A DNA stretch of 64,000 bases from Candidatus Poribacteria bacterium (GTDB lineage: Bacteria; Poribacteria; WGA-4E; WGA-3G). Both the position numbers and the translations under genes were made by a program. How positions within the stretch are numbered: the first letter of the stretch is position 1; every line of letters starts with the position of its first letter. This document shows, piece by piece, positions 9,851 through 16,980 of the stretch. A model generated the notes under the pieces. That model ran no database searches, was not told the DNA's origin, and saw only the letters and a program-made list of their open reading frames with translations. The stretch covers positions 208,046 through 272,045 of the forward strand of contig CBDHGE010000001.1 in the NCBI GenBank assembly GCA_965262955.1, in the 5' to 3' direction.

Positions 9851-9886
9851 CGAACGCGTTTGTACAATTGCTGCACAGATGAAGCA

Positions 9887-12388
9887 TTAGGGTTCAGGCG
9901 ACTCTTTAGAATCACCCTCTAATTCCTCGATCCAACGCATAATCGTTTCGTAACTTTCAGTATCGTTTCGCTTCTGCAATTGATCGGCAAGTTGATTACC
10001 CGTCTCAACCAGTAACTCTCGCAATTCTGGTGTATAGGGTTCCGACTTTAACGCCAGTCGGTACTTCTCCATCGCATTCTTGGGCTGTCTGCGGTTCAGC
10101 AAACATCGGGCGAGGGCACACTGCACGCGAGCCAATTTCTCCGCAGTCGGGTCGGGCGTGTCTGGTATAGCATCAACGGTTGAAGCAGCCTCGTCAGTAC
10201 CGGGTTCTGACGAGGCTGCCGCTCTCGCTTTACTCAACGCAACATCAAGTTGCGATTCAAGCGAGAGCAGATTTTGATATGCAACAGTATTCCTCGGATG
10301 TTTAGAGAGGACGTTATCAAAAGTCGCCAAAGCTTTCAAATGATCATTCTGGACGAGATAGAGATAACCAATCATGTTGAGCATATCTACAGTTTTTTCA
10401 GATGCCGGAATCGCCTCAAAGACAACGACCGCTTCTGCATATCTCTTCTGATTCATCAAGGCATTTCCACGCCGGATTTGGAGGTTCAGGAGTTCTGTTT
10501 TTGCGTTTTTATGATTCGGATCTTGTGCTAAAATTCGCTCTAATTCCTCTCTTGCCTGATCATATTTGCCGAGACGTTGGTATACCTGCGATAAGGTCAG
10601 ACAGAGATTAAGGTCGGTTGGAAAGAGGTCTAATGCTTTCTGAAGCTGCACGGCTGCATTGCTATAATCTCTTCTATCTCTCAAGCCTTGCGCATATTGC
10701 AGATAGGCAGCGATGAGGTTATGCTGTGCCTGTTTGTCGGTGGGGAGTACTGTGTAAACTTTATGAAACGCCGAGATCGCTGCGGGATAATCTCGCACTT
10801 TGAGATATAATTCTCCAAGCAAACTCGCTATATCCGTATCATCTGGATGCAGTTTCTGTAATTCAAGATACGTGGCAATTGCACTGGTGGAACGTCCCGA
10901 TTGTCGATGTGCGTTTGCTTTTTGCCAAAGCACATCAATCAGGTTTGTTTTGGCGAGTTGATAGGTAGGTTGTAATCTTAAAGCGTTGCGATAGGCGCGA
11001 ATCGACGCATCCCATTCGCCGTTATTCCTGAGTGCCACGCCATGGTTATTATAGGCGTGTACGAGGTTCTTCTCCGTCACTTTATCGCCGGGTTCAATTT
11101 CTAACGCCTTTTGGTAATATGTAATCGCTGTAGAAAACTGAGAGACGTGGGCGTACCCGTCCGCCATGTGTCGATAGGTAGTAGCGTTCTGTGGGTCGAG
11201 ATGGATGGCTTTTTCAAAGTATGCGGTCGCCTCGTCAAAAGCCCTCATCTTTACAGCGTCAAATGCTTTTTGGCGAAAGAGCTGGTGGAGGTTTCGTTTT
11301 GCGGTTTTGTGATGCGGTGAGCGTTCAAGGGCTTTCTCAAACGCCTCTATCGCTTTGTTCAGATCGCCTTCTCGGTAATAGAGCGTGCCGAGGTAATTAT
11401 AGGAGTCGGCACTCTCATGGAAAGAGCGATGCCCTTGCTGGGTTTCCATTCTTTGTTCAACGATACGAATAGCTTGTTGTGACTGTCCAGTCTTTTGGTA
11501 GGCCTGAATCAGTTTCACCCTTGCGGGTTCAAAATTGGAATCAACGCCGAGACAGTTCTGAAAATTGGCGATTGCCTGTGTCATGTCGCCTTTGTCAAAG
11601 CAGACTGCACCAAGCAGGTAGTGCGGGCGGGCATGTCTTGGATTCGTTTGAATTTCCTTTTTTAGAAGTTCGATAGCAACGGCGTGCTGTGATGTATGGA
11701 GCGGTGTATTGTAAAGTTTCAATAATGTATTGATATCGCGAGCAGTTGGATACTGGGCGGTTGCCGTGGTGTGACAGACATCAAGGTCGTCTGGGCTGTG
11801 TCCCCACAAACCGATCGCATGCCCAAGTTCATGCAGGCACACTGTCCGCATCTCTTCTTGGGTCAGTTCACCGACGGTTCCATCTCCCTCTAACACAAAG
11901 AGAACCTCCACTGTGAAATCAATCGCTGTCCCTGAAACTTGTCCGGTGTTGGTACGCTGTCCTTGGACATCAGTACCAGAGACAGTGGATGTGCCTTGTT
12001 CAAGTCGCGTTAATTCGGCACTACCGAGTCGTGTATCAAGAAAACTCAGGCGACCACTGTAGGTTGGGGTAATGCGGATGTCTGCCTGCTCCAAGACTTC
12101 AGTCTCTTGAAAACGGACTTTGCCATTGGAAGCAGTTTCCCAAGTGCGCATGGCGTATCGTATTTCAGGGAGATAGGGGAGTGCTTTGAGGGTAGGTGAA
12201 ATGTGGACATGAATCGGCATCTGCGTAAAGCGCGTGATTCTGCCACCCGAAAACAGCGTAACCTGTTCAAAATAATCTGTCGAAGAGGTTGTCTCCGTCG
12301 CATTCTCAACAGGGTCCTGTGCTGTTACCTGTCCTATGAAACCGACAACTGTCAGTGTAAAGACGAAAAGGGTATAGTATTTTTTCAT
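9887..12388 (-). CDS. Secreted matrixin-like zinc metalloprotease (HELGHAIGLWGHS) fused to a long array of TPR repeats, 833 aa.
   Basis: A signal peptide is present. The HExxHxxGxxH motif sits about 200 aa in. More than 12 TPR-like 34-aa repeats follow, of the type AYxxLGxxYxxxGxxxxAIxxxxxAL. Confidence 0.8.
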   Translation of the reverse strand: MKKYYTLFVFTLTVVGFIGQVTAQDPVENATETTSSTDYFEQVTLFSGGRITRFTQMPIHVHISPTLKALPYLPEIRYAMRTWETASNGKVRFQETEVLEQADIRITPTYSGRLSFLDTRLGSAELTRLEQGTSTVSGTDVQGQRTNTGQVSGTAIDFTVEVLFVLEGDGTVGELTQEEMRTVCLHELGHAIGLWGHSPDDLDVCHTTATAQYPTARDINTLLKLYNTPLHTSQHAVAIELLKKEIQTNPRHARPHYLLGAVCFDKGDMTQAIANFQNCLGVDSNFEPARVKLIQAYQKTGQSQQAIRIVEQRMETQQGHRSFHESADSYNYLGTLYYREGDLNKAIEAFEKALERSPHHKTAKRNLHQLFRQKAFDAVKMRAFDEATAYFEKAIHLDPQNATTYRHMADGYAHVSQFSTAITYYQKALEIEPGDKVTEKNLVHAYNNHGVALRNNGEWDASIRAYRNALRLQPTYQLAKTNLIDVLWQKANAHRQSGRSTSAIATYLELQKLHPDDTDIASLLGELYLKVRDYPAAISAFHKVYTVLPTDKQAQHNLIAAYLQYAQGLRDRRDYSNAAVQLQKALDLFPTDLNLCLTLSQVYQRLGKYDQAREELERILAQDPNHKNAKTELLNLQIRRGNALMNQKRYAEAVVVFEAIPASEKTVDMLNMIGYLYLVQNDHLKALATFDNVLSKHPRNTVAYQNLLSLESQLDVALSKARAAASSEPGTDEAASTVDAIPDTPDPTAEKLARVQCALARCLLNRRQPKNAMEKYRLALKSEPYTPELRELLVETGNQLADQLQKRNDTESYETIMRWIEELEGDSKESPEP

Positions 12389-12705
12389 TTTTGCCTATAG
12401 TTAGAAACACATATTCGCACAGTCCGAGATTTTAGACAATCCTCGAGGGTGAGAGAACTCCCTCGTAAAATTTCTGTAACGAAAACCGGTGCGAATCTAT
12501 AATTCATTCAACTCATTATTATATATACAGAGCAAAAAGCGTGCCAGATGTAAATCGAGCGACGGAACGTTCAAAACGGTTATAGGCGGTAATGAAAAAA
12601 GAAATATACTTATAAAATAAGAAGGAAAATGAATACGGTAACACTATAAGAAAGAATTTTTCCATAGTATACCGAGAAAACACGAGAAAAAAAAAGAATG
12701 GAATA

Positions 12706-12753
12706 GTGCAAAAATTGTATAGTGCAAAAATTGTATAGTGCAAAAATTGTCCA
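12706..12753. repeat. Three perfect tandem copies of a 16-bp unit (ATAGTGCAAAAATTGT) in a 575-bp AT-rich region upstream of the metzincin-TPR gene.
   Basis: atagtgcaaaaattgt occurs three times, followed by a purine-rich A-tract region. Confidence 0.8.
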
Positions 12754-12964
12754 ATTATACAATTAATGTCTGTATTCAATTATAATACAACACATATATA
12801 GATTACGGAAGTTTAATTTACAATTCAGGGAAACTAACAGAATTGGCTTTTGGCTACAACTTAGGCAGGAAATAATCAGTCAACGCTTTGGATTCGTGGC
12901 TGAGATTTTGGAAGGTTCAAACAGTGAAAGGCAGGCGTTCTCCGGTTCAGAAATGTTTATCGGT

Positions 12965-13417
12965 TTAAATACCAAACGTTTTTTCCAGATTGTCTCTGAG
13001 TCGAGTTATAATTATCGCCTCTAATTGTTCAAGAGACTGTGTACTATCCACATCCACCAGTGCATCCACAAGTTGTAAGAGCTCTTCCTGCTCGGCTACG
13101 TCGCAGGCTCTAAGTGTGCCCACAATTTCACTGATCTGCGGTAAGACATAAGCTTTGAAATCGGGTGGTGCGTATTGGAGTTCTTCCATAATTATGTCCA
13201 TCTCCTCAACGGCATTTTTTAACTGCGATTCCAACGCCTCGAGTGCTTTTTGTTGCCTATTGATGGAATTGACTTGCAGGTTAACTGGCACTACGGTGTT
13301 GTGGACAGCAGCCTCCCTTGCTTCCAGAACCCTACTTTCCAAATCAACTAAGGCTCTGAATTTCTCTACGATTATGTCTGCCAGTTCCGTTGTCTGTCCA
13401 GTTTCTTTCTCAGTCAT
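12965..13417 (-). CDS. Small acidic, probably all-helical protein of about 150 aa, of unknown family. It is paralog A of 15286..15717.
   Basis: It shares about 50% identity with the protein at 15286..15717. The most conserved block is AYVLPQ[IM]SEI[VI]GTL[RK]ACD..LE[QE]LEAIITRL[RK]DNLE. The likely start is the ATG (M7) at 13417, with GGAGA 11 nt upstream. The track start is a GTG at 13435. Confidence 0.65.
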   Translation of the reverse strand: MTEKETGQTTELADIIVEKFRALVDLESRVLEAREAAVHNTVVPVNLQVNSINRQQKALEALESQLKNAVEEMDIIMEELQYAPPDFKAYVLPQISEIVGTLRACDVAEQEELLQLVDALVDVDSTQSLEQLEAIIITRLRDNLEKTFGI

Positions 13418-13631
13418 TCGTTCACTTTTCTCCACGGATTTAATTTGGCTTATAAGTCAATTATCGCTTATAGTCATATTAAGGCGTTACTACGTTTTTA
13501 CAATCATTTCAATATATCACATTTTATACGTTCTTTTCAAGATGCAACAATACCTTACTTAAACTTAAATTATAATAAAAGATAGATATGAATTTCTAAG
13601 TATCTTCCATAAAAGGCTAATATCTATACTT

Positions 13632-13647
13632 AAGCAAAAATCATGCC
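13632..13647 (-). promoter_or_regulatory. Near-consensus sigma-54 (-24/-12) promoter, TGGCATGATTTTTGCT, directed at small-protein paralog A.
   Basis: It matches TGGCAC-N5-TTGCW with exact GG-N10-GC spacing. It lies about 185 nt upstream of the ATG and is divergent from the sensorless sigma-54 activator gene. Confidence 0.5.
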
Positions 13648-13661
13648 ACTTTTGAAGTGGC
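13643..13661. promoter_or_regulatory. Perfect palindrome TGCCACTT-ttg-AAGTGGCA overlapping the -24 element. Its right arm supplies the TGGCA of a weaker plus-strand GG-N10-GC element (TGGCAaacgcgacGCA) pointing toward the activator gene.
   Basis: The 8-bp perfect inverted arms are directly visible. It could be an operator or back-to-back -24 elements. Confidence 0.4.
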
Positions 13662-13685
13662 AAACGCGACGCATACTTTTTGGAC

Positions 13686-13775
13686 GTCTGAACTTCTTCG
13701 GGACCACGATTGTTCCCTCAAACAAGACGGACATCCAGATGCAAATTATTGGAAAACTGAAGGTCCTAATTATCT
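13686..13775 (+). repeat. Intergenic repeat element, copy A, of about 90 bp. It is about 80% identical to 56836-56930.
   Basis: It shares gaactt[cg]ttcgggac...gttccc...catccagatg[ct]aaattattgga[at]aactgaa with copy B. Confidence 0.6.
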
Positions 13776-14058
13776 CTTGCACACAATTTCGCTATAGAAT
13801 ATAATACGAGGCACGGGAGATTTCTTTTGGTTTTATCCAAAATTGTTATCTTTAAATGATATTTCCTTCCGCTTGACTTATTTTTTTCATTATGCTATCT
13901 TGACCACTTTAGGACTTTACGACTACAATAATTAGTCACAAATATAATTATCCTAACATGGTTATAACGATTTAATTGCTTTGTTTCACTCAAGTTGCTT
14001 TAACAAGTAGATACACCACGTATGCCAACTACTCTAACAGAGTGGGACCTACTACCTC

Positions 14059-15219
14059 ATGAAAGACATGAAAAATAAGTCATTACCTATTACTTTGACA
14101 TCGGCACCGATGCAGGAAATTTATCACCAAGTAGAGCAAGTTGCGCCAACAGAAACGACTGTTCTTATTACCGGTGACACGGGTGTTGGTAAAGAGATCA
14201 TCGCCCATAAAATACACAAGGCAAGCTTGCGAAATGCCAAACTTTTCAAAGCCATCAACTGCAGTGCATTCCCTGACAATGGACTTTTGTTGAGTGAATT
14301 GTTTGGTCATGAGAAAGGAGCATTTACCGGGGCAGCACATCAGCGAAAAGGTGTATTTGAACAGGTAGACACTGGAACCCTACTTCTCGATGAAGTAAGC
14401 GAAATGAGCGCTGAAGTGCAGGCGATGTTTCTTCGCGTGTTAGAAACCCAAGAATTCACAAGAGTTGGTGGAAACAGGACGATTAAAGCGGATGTTCGTG
14501 TTGTCGCTGCTACAAACAAATGCCTCGAAACAGCAATTAAAAACAGTCAATTCAGAGAGGATCTTTATTACCGCCTCAACCACTTCCCCATTTACATCCC
14601 GTCTCTACGAGAGCACCGTGAAGATATTCCGCCTTTAGTTGATGCCTTTATCTCCGAATTCAATACCAAACATGAGAAAAGTGTTACGAACATCACACCT
14701 GAGGCAAGGAATTTTCTCAAATATGCTGCCTGGCCCGGTAATATCCGCCAACTCAGAAACACTGTTGAAAGGGCAATCATTCTAACCAAAACGAATGAAT
14801 TAACGTTCAGCGATTTGCCTGCTGACATTGCAATCGCGCCACAGATAGTAATAGCGACGCGTCCGTCGGACGCCAACACGTCCACCGCTATTCCAACAGA
14901 AGTTCGTCAAATATTGACACAAATTTCAGTGACGGAGTTCATCTTGATTTTTGGTGGAATACCGAATGCTGTTTGGCGAGTGCTTCCTGAAAAGACGCAG
15001 CAGTCTGTTATCCGTGAGGCATCATTTCATTTATCAACGCTTTTAGGCGGACATCAGGACACAATTCGGATCAGTGGTATGGATCGAAATCAAATCTTAG
15101 GGAAAGTTGCCCAGCACCGCATAAAAGAACATGGCTCTCTTGCGCGAGCCGCAAAGTCGTTAGGTGTAGATCGCCGAACACTTAAAACGTACACAAAAGC
15201 AGATGATGTGAGTGAATGA
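14059..15219 (+). CDS. Sigma-54-dependent transcriptional activator (bacterial enhancer-binding protein) consisting only of the AAA+ sigma-54 interaction domain and a C-terminal Fis-type HTH. It has no N-terminal sensory or receiver domain, making it a PspF/HrpS-class activator.
   Basis: Walker A is GDTGVGKE, the sigma-54 contact motif is GAFTGA and Walker B is LLLDEVSEM. The C-terminal HTH is HGSLARAAKSLGVDRRTLKTY. The AAA+ domain begins about 20 aa from the N-terminus. Confidence 0.9.
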   Translation: MKDMKNKSLPITLTSAPMQEIYHQVEQVAPTETTVLITGDTGVGKEIIAHKIHKASLRNAKLFKAINCSAFPDNGLLLSELFGHEKGAFTGAAHQRKGVFEQVDTGTLLLDEVSEMSAEVQAMFLRVLETQEFTRVGGNRTIKADVRVVAATNKCLETAIKNSQFREDLYYRLNHFPIYIPSLREHREDIPPLVDAFISEFNTKHEKSVTNITPEARNFLKYAAWPGNIRQLRNTVERAIILTKTNELTFSDLPADIAIAPQIVIATRPSDANTSTAIPTEVRQILTQISVTEFILIFGGIPNAVWRVLPEKTQQSVIREASFHLSTLLGGHQDTIRISGMDRNQILGKVAQHRIKEHGSLARAAKSLGVDRRTLKTYTKADDVSE

Positions 15220-15285
15220 AGCGAAATGGACGGACAGGGAGTCCGCCCACTGGTGAATCAAAATACAAGAAGAATGACTGACCGC

Positions 15286-15717
15286 CTACTCAAGACTAAA
15301 CGAGCGTTCAAGATTGTCCTTGAGTCGTGTTATAATTGCCTCTTCCAATTGCTCGGAGGACTCGGCGTTCTCGTCAGTCAGTGCCGTCACAAGTTGGGTA
15401 AGTTCACTGCGATCAGCTGCATCGCAGGCTTTAAGTGTTCCAATAATTTCACTCATCTGCGGTAAGACGTAAGCTCTGAAACAAGGCGTTGCGAGCGTGA
15501 GTTCGTCCGTAATCCCATCCAACTCTTCAACACTCTCCTTTAATTCCGATTCCAATGCCGCCAAGCCATCAGGAGTGCCGCCATTGGCAGAGCGTTGGAG
15601 TGCGGTGTCCCGCGTCTCCAGAACTTTGTCCTCCAAGGCAACTAAGTCTCTAACTTTCGCCACAATTGCATCCGCGCGTTCTTGCGCCTCTCTAAGTTCC
15701 TGCTCAGTCATTTGCAT
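15286..15717 (-). CDS. Small acidic helical protein, paralog B of 12965..13417, convergent with the activator gene.
   Basis: Paralogy is as described for paralog A. The strong RBS GGGAGG lies 7 nt before the ATG at 15717. The longer track ORF starts further upstream in the Fe-ADH 3' gap. Confidence 0.65.
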   Translation of the reverse strand: MQMTEQELREAQERADAIVAKVRDLVALEDKVLETRDTALQRSANGGTPDGLAALESELKESVEELDGITDELTLATPCFRAYVLPQMSEIIGTLKACDAADRSELTQLVTALTDENAESSEQLEEAIITRLKDNLERSFSLE

Positions 15718-15774
15718 TTGTGTGCCTCCCAAAGTTAAACCATAGAATGTTGACCATGCCACCAATTGCTACAG

Positions 15775-15803
15775 ATTATACAAACCTTTCCAATTTTTGT
15801 CAA
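15775..15803 (-). promoter_or_regulatory. Perfect consensus sigma-70 promoter, TTGACA-17 bp-TATAAT, driving paralog B.
   Basis: The minus strand reads cTTGACAaaaattggaaaggtttgTATAATctg, about 55 nt upstream of the RBS. Confidence 0.55.
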
Positions 15804-15810
15804 GTCCCCT

Positions 15811-16980
15811 TCAAAATGCTGCTTCAAACAGCGCAACCATGTCCTCCTCCGTACACCGCCTCGGATTGAACTTGTGGCAGTGATCAAGCATTGCATCTGC
15901 ACCGAGTTTTGGAATCTTCCCTCGATCTAAGCCAGCAGCTCCGAGTCCCGTGGGCATATTCAGTTCAGTGTTAAACGCCCTAATTTTATCAATGGCGGCA
16001 TTTCCTGCTTCGTCGCCACTCATATCGCTGGTGTCTATACCTAAGGCACGGGCGACTTCGGCGTATTTCTCGCTTGCATGAGAGAAGTTAAACTCCATAA
16101 CAGGGGGAAGGAGAATCGCGTTCGCTACCCCATGCGGGATAGGAGCATCTGTAGAGAGTTGATGTGCCAGTGAGTGAACCGCGCCAAGCCCCTTCTGAAA
16201 CGAAAAAGCTGCCATGCACGATCCGAGTAGCATTTCCCCTCGCGCGGTTACGTCTTCACCATTGTGATAGACCTGCTGGATATTCGCACTCAACATTTTG
16301 AGTGCCTGCAACGCGACACCCTCAGCAATTGGATGGTATTTTGTCGCAACATACGCCTCAATACCGTGGGTGATGGCATCCATACCTGTCGCCGCTGTGA
16401 GTGCGGGGGGCATACCGACAGTTATCCCCGGATCAAGGAGTGCTACGTTCGCCATGTTAAACGGCGTAACGATGGCGCGTTTCCGCCACCGATTGGTTGT
16501 TTGGAACGAGGTATCCGTAATAATTGAACCTTGTGAAACTTCGCTGCCAGTGCCAGCGGTTGTTGGAACACATATTAGGGGTGGCATATCGTCACGGATT
16601 CGGTCTACTCCACCGACATCAGCGTAATAAGGTTCTAAAGGTGGTTCATGCGTCGTTAAGAGGCGGATGGCTTTAGCAGCATCCATTACACTTCCACCAC
16701 CGACAGCAACAACAACATCACATGCCTCGGCTTTGTAAGCATCTACGCCGTGTGTGATGCTGGTGTCCGTGGGATTCGGTTCGATGTCTGAATAGGTAGC
16801 ATGTGCTAAACCCGCCGCGTCCAATGCATCTATTGCTTTGGCGAGGATACCGGCATTAATAACGCCAGCATCACTCACAAGGAGCGGTTTTTTCCCATCA
16901 AACGCTTTGACATGCTCACCCAAGTCTTGGATGGTGCCGTCTCCAAATTCGATTCGTGGAGGTAAGAAATAACTCAACAT
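15811..16980 (-). CDS. Iron-containing (group III) alcohol dehydrogenase.
   Basis: The motif GGGSVMDAAKA is present, along with TTAGTGSE-like and His-rich metal-binding motifs. It overlaps the upstream TGT-like gene by 7 bp. Confidence 0.85.
   Translation of the reverse strand: MLSYFLPPRIEFGDGTIQDLGEHVKAFDGKKPLLVSDAGVINAGILAKAIDALDAAGLAHATYSDIEPNPTDTSITHGVDAYKAEACDVVVAVGGGSVMDAAKAIRLLTTHEPPLEPYYADVGGVDRIRDDMPPLICVPTTAGTGSEVSQGSIITDTSFQTTNRWRKRAIVTPFNMANVALLDPGITVGMPPALTAATGMDAITHGIEAYVATKYHPIAEGVALQALKMLSANIQQVYHNGEDVTARGEMLLGSCMAAFSFQKGLGAVHSLAHQLSTDAPIPHGVANAILLPPVMEFNFSHASEKYAEVARALGIDTSDMSGDEAGNAAIDKIRAFNTELNMPTGLGAAGLDRGKIPKLGADAMLDHCHKFNPRRCTEEDMVALFEAAF

Noticed and set aside
12519-12779. 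86-aa minus-strand ORF in the AT-rich intergenic region
   Set aside because: Its composition is driven by AT-rich and tandem-repeat DNA. It has no RBS and no homology.
15226-15465. 79-aa plus-strand ORF after the sigma-54 activator gene
   Set aside because: It is antisense to small-protein paralog B, which has paralogy support, a strong RBS and a promoter.
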